DNA from: Elusimicrobiota bacterium
GTDB lineage: Bacteria > Elusimicrobiota > Elusimicrobia > F11
Direction of reading: 5' to 3'
Length of the DNA: 64,000 nt
Assembly: GCA_044221725.1 (NCBI GenBank)
Contig: JBGAON010000001.1
Location: forward strand, 1 to 64,000
The position numbers and the translations under genes were made by a program. This document shows positions 1 to 8,610 of the stretch, one piece after another. The notes under the pieces are model-generated. The model searched no databases, was not told the DNA's origin, and was given only the letters and a program-made list of their open reading frames with translations. Positions within the stretch are counted from its first letter, which is position 1. Each line of letters begins with the position of its first letter.

Positions 1-155
1 CAGTTACAACTTGAGGCGAGCGATTAACATTCTGGGAGTTCAGAGACTGGTAGCGGCAGTAAGTTAGCGGTAAGTTCGAGAAAAATTCCGATCGCTCCCA
101 TTCGGGATGACTGCGGCTTCATTTCAATTGGACTTTTTCCACGGTCTGATGATTG

Positions 156-162
156 GTTATGC
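156..162 (-). other. Isolated attC R'' half-site of cassette 3
   Basis: Minus strand GTGCACGCATAAC is the exact complement of the cassette's 5' end GTTATGCGTGCAC (603-615); no matching L'/R' arm is seen in 1-155. Confidence 0.75.
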
Positions 163-591
163 GTGCACACGAAACCCACTCCCTTCCGATATTGCGAATG
201 ATTCCGGTTTTTTTGGATCCAGAAACACTGTAACTTTCTGGCCGACTGACAGAGATGTGCCGGGAGAGAAATTGAATTCCGGACAGGATCCGTTAAATGT
301 CTTTCCCAAATATTCGTATCCGATCACATATCGGGGACCAAACTTGTGCATGTGTTGAATGTCTGTTACGGCTCCCTCGACTTTAATTCCGGTTTCAAAA
401 AGCCGTTTCGAAGTGAATAGCCGATTTGATCCCACATAAAGAAATAGCGGAACAACAATTGACAGTGCCAAAAGACCTGGCAATGGCTTCACATACACAA
501 CTGCAACAGCAGCCAATATCGCGAAGACCAACAAAATGGTTCGGGTGATACGATCTTCGCGAATTACCTTCCTTTTTATTCCGTTATCCAT
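157..591 (-). CDS. Cassette 3: membrane protein, DUF3592-like (two TM helices plus a small beta domain)
   Basis: Two hydrophobic segments followed by VEGAVTDI...GQKVTVFLDPKKPE; the stop TAA lies inside the R'' site GCATAAC; start may be ATG 591 or ATG 612. Confidence 0.7.
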   Translation of the reverse strand: MDNGIKRKVIREDRITRTILLVFAILAAVAVVYVKPLPGLLALSIVVPLFLYVGSNRLFTSKRLFETGIKVEGAVTDIQHMHKFGPRYVIGYEYLGKTFNGSCPEFNFSPGTSLSVGQKVTVFLDPKKPESFAISEGSGFRVHA

Positions 592-608
592 TCCGTTTAC
601 CTGTGCAC

Positions 609-677
609 GCATAACGTACAAGGCTCAGCCGCGAACCCCGCGGAGCGGGGTGAGTCGGCTGCAGCCGATTGTTGGGC
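609..677 (-). other. attC site (69 bp) between cassettes 2 and 3
   Basis: Minus strand GCCCAAC-aatcg-gctgcagccgac...gcggctgagcc-ttgtac-GTTATGC; imperfect palindrome. Confidence 0.92.
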
Positions 678-684
678 CGCCGCG

Positions 685-1422
685 CTAACAGGGACCAGGC
701 CCGTCGTCATTTTGAGTTCGCCATACGCCATTTTCCTCAATAAAGAGAAGCTCTCCGTCGTAATCACCATAGTTCACTTTGAAGACGTCAACCATCCCGT
801 CCCCGTTCAAATCAGCCCCAGCCTCATAATCACATCTAAAACTGGAATCATCTTTGATGTAAGAAAATAATTCTTTGGTCGATTTCCCATCAAATTCCCC
901 TATATAAACTCGGCTACGCGAAATGTTGCCATTCGTATTTTCTTTCATAATGACCAGCACCCGACTTTTTTTCCCATTAGAACCTGCATACTTGACCTCA
1001 TCTTCACTGACTGAAAGAGCAGACGGGGAAGAGATGAAATAATTTAGGATCGATCGCTTAGTTTCATTATTAAATTCTGAACGTTGCACCGCTTCGAACG
1101 GTTTCTCACTCCGTGAACCCACGATGATCGGGGAAGATAGGTTGCTGGGCGGGAATACTTTTTGAGACCTCAGACGCCACAGAGTTCGTTTCTCGTCTTC
1201 ACACCCATCAACAATAATTCGGTCGACTCCACTAGCAACAAAAACGGTGTTTCCTTGAGAATCAAGAACATGATAATTGAATCCTTTTTTCGGTTCTCTC
1301 CACAGCGAAACTCCGTTATCTACATAACCAATTCTGATATCCCTAGATTCAACAGTCGCCGTATGGGAATAAATGGGCAACGATAAGATGCTCAGAATGA
1401 AAATTGCAGATGTACGATTCAC
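685..1422 (-). CDS. Cassette 2: secreted hypothetical protein with a DxNGDGxxD Ca-binding (FG-GAP/VCBS-like) motif
   Basis: Signal-peptide-like N-terminus MNRTSAIFILSILSLPIYSHTA; GADLNGDGMVDVF near the C-terminus; lies between two attC sites. Confidence 0.75.
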   Translation of the reverse strand: MNRTSAIFILSILSLPIYSHTATVESRDIRIGYVDNGVSLWREPKKGFNYHVLDSQGNTVFVASGVDRIIVDGCEDEKRTLWRLRSQKVFPPSNLSSPIIVGSRSEKPFEAVQRSEFNNETKRSILNYFISSPSALSVSEDEVKYAGSNGKKSRVLVIMKENTNGNISRSRVYIGEFDGKSTKELFSYIKDDSSFRCDYEAGADLNGDGMVDVFKVNYGDYDGELLFIEENGVWRTQNDDGPGPC

Positions 1423-1436
1423 ACTCGCCTCAAGCG

Positions 1437-1530
1437 GCCCAACGTATTAGGGTCAGCCGCGCGGCCAACCACTTGATCTTAATTCGAAGCATCACCGGCA
1501 GAACGCGTCGGCTGCACCCGCTGGTTAGGC
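1437..1530 (-). other. attC site (94 bp) between cassettes 1 and 2
   Basis: Minus strand GCCTAAC-cagcg-ggtgcagccgac...gcggctgaccc-taatac-GTTGGGC; arms resemble those of 609-677. Confidence 0.92.
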
Positions 1531-1537
1531 GGCGTCA

Positions 1538-1867
1538 TCAATCGAACTTCAGGCTGTTCATAGACGCAACGACGCTTATAAATCCACGAAAAACTAAATG
1601 GGGCGTAATTGCCAGCACAAGACTGAAAAAACCCCATTTCTTTTCCGATGATGATCGAAGTGCGACAATTCCGGAGATCAGTGAGACGATGAATGATCCG
1701 ATCGAGATGAAGGTGGCAAAAGCGAACTGGGCTATCGGGTGAATTGACGACCCGCTTGGAACCCGAATGAGTGGCCACAAGACGTATAGCCCCACGGCCA
1801 TACAGATGATGGTCGCTGTCAACGCGATCTTGAATCCCATCGGAATTCTTGTTGAATTCATTTCCAC
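1538..1867 (-). CDS. Cassette 1: small three-TM membrane protein
   Basis: 109 aa with three hydrophobic segments; first cassette after attI. Confidence 0.75.
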   Translation of the reverse strand: MEMNSTRIPMGFKIALTATIICMAVGLYVLWPLIRVPSGSSIHPIAQFAFATFISIGSFIVSLISGIVALRSSSEKKWGFFSLVLAITPHLVFRGFISVVASMNSLKFD

Positions 1868-1874
1868 TTTAGCC

Positions 1875-1895
1875 GCCTAACATATCTTATCCGTC
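1875..1895 (-). other. Candidate attI site (core GTTAGGC at 1875-1881)
   Basis: Minus strand ...gacggataagatatGTTAGGCGGC; the core matches R'' GCCGCCTAAC of cassette 1; lies between intI and the first cassette with no palindromic partner. Confidence 0.8.
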
Positions 1896-2149
1896 AATTT
1901 TGGCATGAAGCTAGAATGGTGTGCGTGAGGCGAATATTCAATATGAAAATGGAAAAAATGTCTGATTAACAACGCAATTGCTGTTCGGTCAAAATGATAT
2001 TCGACAATAATGAAGTGATAGAAGAGCAAAAATATCGAATGATATGCGACACCAATTTGCTTCGTTGAGGAAAGCTTTCTATCCTTCGCGTCCCCTTCAA
2101 TAACCCCTCCTAAGAATTCCCCTCTCTTAATTCAATTAGGAGAAAAATC

Positions 2150-3151
2150 ATGCAAGAGTTGCAAACAAGTGAGCGCAATGTTCCTTTGCCTCATCCACCG
2201 CGTTTATTGGATCGAGTTCGCGCCGTACTTCGGTTCCATCATTATTCGTTTAGAACGGAAAAGACGTACATCCAATGGATTGTTCGTTATATCCGGTTTC
2301 ATCAAATGCAACACCCCACGCAACTGGGCGCGCGGGATGTCGCCAGATTTTTAGGGCATCTCGCTTTGAGAATGAACGTGAGCGCCAAAACCCAAAATCA
2401 AGCATTGAACGCATTGGTTTTCCTCTACGGTAAAGTTCTTGGCCGGCCGTTGGGTGAGTTGAGGGCCATCCCACGGGCACGGACAAAAAAATACTTGCCG
2501 TCTGTTCTGACCGTTGGTGAGATTGGTCGCTTAATTAGCGCAGTCAAACCCGGTCACCGGCTTTTTATTTCGATGCTCTACGGCACTGGCATGCGGTTGA
2601 CCGAAGGGTTGCGTTTGCGCGTTAAAGATCTCGACTTTGACCGGGGCCTCATCAATATACGCAGCGGCAAAGGTGACAAGGATCGGATCGTAATGCTGCC
2701 CGAAAAACTAAAGGAAGAACTTGCAACGCAACTGGCACGAACAAAATTGGTGCATCAAGAAGATCTTGCAAAGGGATTGGGTGCCGTTTGGCTCCCAACC
2801 GCTCTTGCTCGAAAATATCCCGCAGCTGAAAAAGAATGGAAGTGGCAATTTGTCTTTCCGAGCGCCACCGTATCTATGGATCCGGTTGATCGCGTTACGC
2901 GTAGGCACCATTTGCATGAGTCAATTATTCAACGCGCTGTACGCGAAGCGTCTCGGCTCGCCGGTATTCAGAAGCTAATAGGACCGCACACGCTTCGTCA
3001 TTCTTTCGCAACGCACTTGCTCGAATCAGGATCCGATATTCGAACCGTCCAAGAACTGCTCGGCCACAAGCACGTGGAGACAACAATGATCTATACGCAC
3101 GTGCTGAACCGCCCAGGCATTTCGGTAAAAAGCCCGCTCGATAGGTTGTAG
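2150..3151 (+). CDS. intI: Integron integrase
   Basis: YGTGMR, HTLRHSFATH and LLGH...TTMIYTH catalytic motifs; integron-specific insertion LARKYPAAEKEWKWQFVFPS...DP...RRHH; AGGAG RBS. Confidence 0.97.
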   Translation: MQELQTSERNVPLPHPPRLLDRVRAVLRFHHYSFRTEKTYIQWIVRYIRFHQMQHPTQLGARDVARFLGHLALRMNVSAKTQNQALNALVFLYGKVLGRPLGELRAIPRARTKKYLPSVLTVGEIGRLISAVKPGHRLFISMLYGTGMRLTEGLRLRVKDLDFDRGLINIRSGKGDKDRIVMLPEKLKEELATQLARTKLVHQEDLAKGLGAVWLPTALARKYPAAEKEWKWQFVFPSATVSMDPVDRVTRRHHLHESIIQRAVREASRLAGIQKLIGPHTLRHSFATHLLESGSDIRTVQELLGHKHVETTMIYTHVLNRPGISVKSPLDRL

Positions 3152-3152
3152 A

Positions 3153-4757
3153 TCAGGCTTGGGAATTTACCGTTAATTTCTGTTGGGAGGTTTCGTGAAG
3201 AATAATTGCAGGATGATTTTCTTTGAAATATTTCAACGCCCACTCCGCGTCGAAAAGAATTCCGAGTTGGCCTGCCGCATCTTCAGCTAATGCGGCGCCC
3301 GGGGGAAGGCGCATTTCGTCCAATTGTTTTTGCGTGACACTTTCGTCAATCCAGCGGAAGAGTTGCCACGGCGTGCGTTCGAGGCGGGACTCGGCACCGT
3401 ATTCGCTTTCCAATCGATATTGCACCACTTCAAATTGCAGTTGCCCGACCGCCGCGAGCAGCGGGACTTGCTTCGGGGAATTTTTTACGAAAAGCGCCTG
3501 TACGATTCCTTCGGACAAAAGTTGATCCAAACCTTTTCGAAACGGTTTGAATTTTGCCGGTGACGGGTTATGAATAAACGCAAAACATTCGGACGGGAAC
3601 CGCGGAATTTCGTTGTAAAGAATTTTCGGGTCTTCCGTTAGGGTATCGCCCATGCCGAACATGTCATAGCCGACGAGGCCGATGATGTCGCCCGGGTAAC
3701 CTTCCTCGACAATTTCGCGGTCCTGCCCAAAAAGCTTGTGCGCGTTCGCGAGCTTCATACGTTTTCCACTTTGCACGTGCGTGATCATGCGCTCGCGATC
3801 AAATTTTCCCGAGCACACGCGCATGAACGTGATGCGGTCGCGGTGTTTCGGGTCCATGTTCCCTTGTATTTTGAATATGAAACCGGAAAACGGGCCATCG
3901 AGCGGGACGGTGCCAATCGATGCGTGACGCGGTACGGGCGGCGTCGACAAGCTTAAAAATCCGTCCAGCAACATTTGCACGCCGAAATTGTTGGACGCGC
4001 TTCCAAAATAAACCGGCGTGACGTCCCCACGCAAAACGGCCGCGTGATCAAACACGGCGCCGGCACCGTCCAGCATGGCGAGTTCTTCAGAAACCGTTTC
4101 GTACAGTTGATCGGAAAGTTGTTCGCGTACGGCGGGGTCGGACAGACCGTGCACGGCCACGGGCGCGCGGTACATTCCACCGACGGTGCGTTCGAACAAG
4201 TGCACTTCTTTTTTCTGGCGTTCGTACACGCCTTTAAAATCCGGGCCGTTGCCGAGCGGCCAGCTCATAGGGTACGCATGAATGTGCAGCACATTCTCTA
4301 GTTCGTCCAACAGCGCGAGCGGTTCGAGCGTGGGGCGGTCGCATTTGTTCATGAACGTAAAAATCGGCACGTGACGTTGGCGGCACACTTCAAAAAGTTT
4401 TCGTGTTTGAGCTTCGATACCTTTGGCCGCATCGATTACCATGACGACCGCATCGACGGCCGTGAGCACACGGTAGGTGTCTTCGGAAAAGTCGCGGTGG
4501 CCCGGCGTGTCGAGCAAGTTAACACGGTAGCCGCTGTAATCGAATTGCAGAACCGTCGACGACACCGAGATGCCACGTTTGCGTTCCAGCTCCATCCAGT
4601 CGGACGTTGACTCGCGCTGGTTTTTTCGGGCCGTGACCGAGCCCGCCAATTGCACGGCACCGCCGTACAGCAAAAATTTTTCGGTGAGCGTGGTTTTCCC
4701 CGCGTCGGGATGCGAAATAATGGCGAAGGTTCGGCGGCGACGAATTTCTGTTTGCAT
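3153..4757 (-). CDS. prfC: Peptide chain release factor 3
   Basis: RRRTFAIISHPDAGKTTLTEK, SDWMELERKRGISV, DTPGH, NKCD; start placed at ATG 4757 just after the upstream stop. Confidence 0.96.
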   Translation of the reverse strand: MQTEIRRRRTFAIISHPDAGKTTLTEKFLLYGGAVQLAGSVTARKNQRESTSDWMELERKRGISVSSTVLQFDYSGYRVNLLDTPGHRDFSEDTYRVLTAVDAVVMVIDAAKGIEAQTRKLFEVCRQRHVPIFTFMNKCDRPTLEPLALLDELENVLHIHAYPMSWPLGNGPDFKGVYERQKKEVHLFERTVGGMYRAPVAVHGLSDPAVREQLSDQLYETVSEELAMLDGAGAVFDHAAVLRGDVTPVYFGSASNNFGVQMLLDGFLSLSTPPVPRHASIGTVPLDGPFSGFIFKIQGNMDPKHRDRITFMRVCSGKFDRERMITHVQSGKRMKLANAHKLFGQDREIVEEGYPGDIIGLVGYDMFGMGDTLTEDPKILYNEIPRFPSECFAFIHNPSPAKFKPFRKGLDQLLSEGIVQALFVKNSPKQVPLLAAVGQLQFEVVQYRLESEYGAESRLERTPWQLFRWIDESVTQKQLDEMRLPPGAALAEDAAGQLGILFDAEWALKYFKENHPAIILHETSQQKLTVNSQA

Positions 4758-4758
4758 G

Positions 4759-5202
4759 TCAGTCGAGATGCGGTTGGAGTTCGAGTCGCAGCGCTTTGAG
4801 CGCGAGCGAGATATCAAGAATGAGAAAGATCGCCGCTAATGTCAGTGCCACGATTGCAAAGAAAAAGAAAATCAAAATGAGATTCTGCACGGGCCAGCCG
4901 AGGAACACAAGAAAGAAAAGCCCAATGACCATGAGACAAGAAAAGAAAATGCTGCCGGCAACACAAATAGCGGATGTTCGTAGGAACCGCGAACGCCGAA
5001 GAAGAATATGCAATTGCGCTTTGATGGGCGCGTGCGCCGAGGCCGGTTCCCGTTCCAAGTCATCTGTTAGGTGCCGAGCGCGGTCGATCGATCGGCCCAG
5101 CCGATTCGTGATCGACAACAATAGTAGGCCAACGCCGGAAATAAACGCCACCGGCACAAGCGACATTTGAAGCAGTTTTGAAAAAGATTCGATTCCCATC
5201 AT
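4759..5202 (-). CDS. DUF2721-like membrane protein
   Basis: PVAFISGVGLLLLSITNRLGRSIDRAR pattern plus hydrophobic helices. Confidence 0.75.
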   Translation of the reverse strand: MMGIESFSKLLQMSLVPVAFISGVGLLLLSITNRLGRSIDRARHLTDDLEREPASAHAPIKAQLHILLRRSRFLRTSAICVAGSIFFSCLMVIGLFFLVFLGWPVQNLILIFFFFAIVALTLAAIFLILDISLALKALRLELQPHLD

Positions 5203-5210
5203 AGTTCCAT

Positions 5211-5894
5211 TTAATCCATTTCGGCGCCGCTGTGAAGCCCGGGGCCTTTCGGCTGCGCCGCGATGATGCGTGCTTCGTCTTTCAACATTTGCTGAAACCG
5301 TCCTTTTGTTTCTTCTTTCGACAGGATCTCCTCAGCCAATTGCACATACACGTGATAATGACCGAACTCCGATGTGTACAGCGACGCGTAAAGTTTGCGA
5401 AGTTCATCGTCTTTGCACAAGCGCGCGAGAATTCCAAACCGTTCGCACGACCGTGCTTCAATGAGCGCTGATACCAACAATCGGTCGGCCACTTCTTTCG
5501 GTCCTTTGCCGAGCCGAACAAGGGCGCGAAGGTCGCCCGGATATTTCCCGCGGTGCAACCGTTCCAAATCCCAGCCACGACGCCGCATTATCTTCACGAC
5601 CAAGTTCAAATGGCTCGCCTCATCCCGCGCAATTCCCGAAATAATTTTTGTCCAATTCGCCGGCTGATTCGGTTCCGGCCAACGATTTAAAAGTTCGAGC
5701 GCGTTCGACGTCGCCTTACGTTCGAGATACGCGTGGTCACTCAACAGCGCCCGCAAATTCGAAAGCGGAATTCCCGCCCACGAGTCCGGCGTCCGGTAGA
5801 GCAGCGGCAAGCCGTCATCCCCTCTCCCTTTAGGGAGAGGGCGATCGCCGTTGGCGATCGGGTGAGGGAAAAGGGTAGGGAGACCTGTTTTCAT
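5211..5894 (-). CDS. miaE: tRNA-(ms2io6A) hydroxylase (ferritin-like di-iron)
   Basis: DHAYLERKA, ARDEASH, DRLLVSALIEARSCERF, SEFGH motifs; start may instead be TTG 5810. Confidence 0.88.
   Translation of the reverse strand: MKTGLPTLFPHPIANGDRPLPKGRGDDGLPLLYRTPDSWAGIPLSNLRALLSDHAYLERKATSNALELLNRWPEPNQPANWTKIISGIARDEASHLNLVVKIMRRRGWDLERLHRGKYPGDLRALVRLGKGPKEVADRLLVSALIEARSCERFGILARLCKDDELRKLYASLYTSEFGHYHVYVQLAEEILSKEETKGRFQQMLKDEARIIAAQPKGPGLHSGAEMD
5820..5868. repeat. Palindromic REP-like element, copy 1
   Basis: CCCTCTCCC-TTTA-GGGAGAGGG, then hairpin CGATCGCC-GTT-GGCGATCG, then GGTGAGGG; the 22-mer is identical to 62914-62935. Confidence 0.85.
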
Positions 5895-5938
5895 CCAGGG
5901 GTTTTATCAATTCTCCTTCGAAGATAGAATGTCGCCGC

Positions 5939-7027
5939 ATGTCCGAGAAATTTCTCAAGGTAAAAGCTTTCGTTGTTAAGTACGGCAACATTCTTTTCTT
6001 CATTGGCGGTTTCATTTTCGACACATTTACGATGGTTCGTGTTGATTCCGTGGCCGACCTCGCGCTCGAAACCATTTATCTGCTCGCCATCACGTTCCTG
6101 ATTGTTTGGCAAACGCGTTACGCGCTTGGTCTTTGGGTGCCGCGTGGCCGCATGGAAAAACTGTGGGAATACGAATCGGAGGCAATCCACTTTTTCTACG
6201 GCGGCTTATTAAGCGCGAACGTGATCTTCTATTTCAAAAGCACAACATTTTCGCGTTCGGTGTTTTTCTTTGCGCTGGTTGTGTTGCTGATGGTCGCGAA
6301 CGAAATGCCGCAAGTGCGCAAGGCCGGGCACGCGATGCGGCTCGGACTGTACACGTTCTGCGTCGTTTCGTTTTTCAATTACCTTATTCCCGTGATCGTG
6401 GGTCGTATGGGTGGGTTGATTTTTTCGGTCGGTTGGATCGTGGCGGCCATCATCAGCGCGATCCTCGTCGAATATTTGGCGAAGCTGGCGCCGGACCGTC
6501 GGCGCGCGCGCTGGCGTTACGGTTGGTCACCGGCCTCCATCATGATTATTGTGGCCGCGCTCTACGCCGCGAAACTAATTCCGCCGGTTCCGCTTTCGAT
6601 GCAATACGCGGGAATTTTTCAGAACGTGATCAAAGATGGCGACAAATTTCGGCTCGTGTACGAAAAACCGTCGTGGTACACGTTCTGGCGAAAAGACAAC
6701 CGGCACTTCCACGCCCGGCCCGGCGACCAAATTTTTTGTTTCACACGCGTGTTCGCACCGCGGCATTTCACGCATCAAATCTATGTCGCCTGGTTTAAGA
6801 AGAACGAGGTGACCGGGGAATGGATGTCGTCCGACCGAATCCCGCTCGCCATTTTCGGTGGACGGGAAGACGGCTTTCGTGGCTATACGGTCAAATCAAA
6901 TTACGAACCGGGCGTGTGGCGCGTGGACATCGAAACCGAAGACGGCCGAACGCTCGGCGGCGTCAAACTCGAGGTCACGCCCGACAATTCCACCGAACCA
7001 CGCAAGTTCAAAGAAATCCGGATGTAA
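5939..7027 (+). CDS. DUF2914-like membrane protein
   Basis: Several TM helices, IPPVPL, C-terminal GGREDGFRGYTVK...PGVWRVDIETEDGR. Confidence 0.75.
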   Translation: MSEKFLKVKAFVVKYGNILFFIGGFIFDTFTMVRVDSVADLALETIYLLAITFLIVWQTRYALGLWVPRGRMEKLWEYESEAIHFFYGGLLSANVIFYFKSTTFSRSVFFFALVVLLMVANEMPQVRKAGHAMRLGLYTFCVVSFFNYLIPVIVGRMGGLIFSVGWIVAAIISAILVEYLAKLAPDRRRARWRYGWSPASIMIIVAALYAAKLIPPVPLSMQYAGIFQNVIKDGDKFRLVYEKPSWYTFWRKDNRHFHARPGDQIFCFTRVFAPRHFTHQIYVAWFKKNEVTGEWMSSDRIPLAIFGGREDGFRGYTVKSNYEPGVWRVDIETEDGRTLGGVKLEVTPDNSTEPRKFKEIRM

Positions 7028-7063
7028 TGCCGTCGCCCCGGCCCTGAGACCGACGTTATTGAA

Positions 7064-8530
7064 TCAGTCTTCGCCTTGCGACTTGGTGAATCCCGCCGCT
7101 CCGTCGAATTCGGAAAGTTTTTCCAGGTGCATCCAGCGATATTTTCCGCCGATTTTCTGAACGAGAGCCAAAACTTGCGCGTCGGTCACCGGGGCTTCCG
7201 GTGACGTTGTGACGAAACGGCAAACGAAATGATCCACGCAGTCGGTGATCGCGCCCGTGGCCGAAAAAACTTTCGTTCCGCGGTTTGAGATCGCTTTCAG
7301 TTTGAGTCCACTTCCATCCGCCAATTTTTCGAGCGCTGGGCCGAGCTGTTCGGGCGATGCGGCGGCTTCAACAAACACGTCCACGCCAATCTCCTTGCGC
7401 GATTTCGGCTTCACGAAATCCGGCGCCGAGGAAACCACCGGCAGCTTCAGCGGTTTGTGCTCGCGCGCGTGAATTTTTGTCGGCACTTTTCCAAGGTTCT
7501 TGATAATTTCGTCGGTGTAAGCGGTCGTTGTTGATGCTTTTGCATCGCCAACCACATCGCGCGTCATCACTTTTCCTTGCTCGAGCGTGTAGAGCACCGC
7601 GTTTTCAATTTTTGTTGCCGCTTCAAACTCTTGCAGGTGACGAAGCAACATGACCGCTGTAAGAATGAGCGCCGTGGGATTAATCACATTTTTTCCTGCG
7701 TACTTTGGTGCGGATCCGTGGACCGCTTCGAAAATGGCCACTTCGTTTCCAAGGTTGGCCGACGGAGCGAACCCAAGTCCACCAATTTGTCCCGAAGTGA
7801 GATCGCTCAAAATATCACCGTTCATGTTCGTCATGATGATCACTTCGAAGTTTTCCGGCTTGAGTGCCAGTTGATGCGCGCAGTTGTCGACAATAATGTG
7901 CTTCGCTTCGATCTCGGGGTACTCTTTCGCGATTTCTTCAAACGTGCGCTTGAGTGTTCCTTCGGTCATCTTCATGATGTTCGCTTTTGTGGCGCAGTGC
8001 ACTTTTTTGCGGCCTTGCGACCGGGCCACTTCAAAACCGAGCCGCACGATCTTCTCGCAGCCTTTTCGGGAAATTAGTTTCAAGCATTCGGCGACACCCG
8101 GTGTTTGCATGTATTCGATGCCCGCATAAAGGTCTTCAACGTTCTCGCGCACGATCACGAGGTCGATTCCATGGCCGGTGTAAGGTGTTTTGACGCCGGC
8201 AATTTCACGAACCGGGCGCAAATTTCCGTAAGTTTCAAAGAGTTTCCGAAGCGTAACGTTCGCAGACTTTTCTCCAAATCCCACTGGAGTTTCGAGAGGA
8301 CCCTTGAGGACAACGCGCGTTTCGCGGATGGATTCAATGGTGTCCTGTGGCACACCGGAAGGGATTCCCTTCTTAAAAACCGACGCGCCCGCATCGTGGC
8401 GATCCCACTCGATTTTTACGTTCGCGGCCGCAATTATTTTTACCGCCGCTTCGACCACTTCCGGTCCGATACCGTCACCGGGAATCAGAGTAACTTTCTT
8501 TTTTCCGTCCGCTGTAGTTTTGAAATTCAT
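7064..8530 (-). CDS. icd: Isocitrate dehydrogenase (long form with C-terminal extension)
   Basis: IPGDGIGPEV, KSANVTLRK, RENVEDLY, NMNGDILSDL, FEAVHGSAPKYAGK. Confidence 0.92.
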   Translation of the reverse strand: MNFKTTADGKKKVTLIPGDGIGPEVVEAAVKIIAAANVKIEWDRHDAGASVFKKGIPSGVPQDTIESIRETRVVLKGPLETPVGFGEKSANVTLRKLFETYGNLRPVREIAGVKTPYTGHGIDLVIVRENVEDLYAGIEYMQTPGVAECLKLISRKGCEKIVRLGFEVARSQGRKKVHCATKANIMKMTEGTLKRTFEEIAKEYPEIEAKHIIVDNCAHQLALKPENFEVIIMTNMNGDILSDLTSGQIGGLGFAPSANLGNEVAIFEAVHGSAPKYAGKNVINPTALILTAVMLLRHLQEFEAATKIENAVLYTLEQGKVMTRDVVGDAKASTTTAYTDEIIKNLGKVPTKIHAREHKPLKLPVVSSAPDFVKPKSRKEIGVDVFVEAAASPEQLGPALEKLADGSGLKLKAISNRGTKVFSATGAITDCVDHFVCRFVTTSPEAPVTDAQVLALVQKIGGKYRWMHLEKLSEFDGAAGFTKSQGED

Positions 8531-8610
8531 GGGGGAGAAGCTCCTTCGAGAGAAAAATGATGTGCGTCATTGTACAATGCATGTCTACTAATAATAAGGA
8601 GCTAGTTCCT

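Larger units (their letters stand above)
156..3151. mobile_element. Integron: intI, attI and an array of three gene cassettes on the minus strand
   Basis: Integron-type tyrosine recombinase divergent from three short ORFs, each bounded by GTTRRRY/RYYYAAC-type core sites that match pairwise; no transposase nearby. Confidence 0.95.

Noticed and set aside
10..20. 11-bp CTTGAGGCGAG is the reverse complement of 1424-1434 in the cassette 2 leader
   Set aside because: Too short to separate from chance; no proper GTTRRRY or ORF start accompanies it.
22..162. Possible long attC using GTTAATC (22-28, minus strand) as R'
   Set aside because: It does not pair well with R'' GCATAAC and the arms show no convincing L''/L' complementarity.
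1901..1917. TGGCATGAAGCTAGAAT as a sigma54 promoter for intI
   Set aside because: The -12 position reads GA rather than the required GC.
4758..4817. N-terminal extension of prfC in the ORF track (likewise the longer starts for ettA, lhr, cinA, livG, the permease and the YyaL gene)
   Set aside because: These overlap upstream genes or lack family similarity; downstream starts with an RBS or stop-start coupling fit better.
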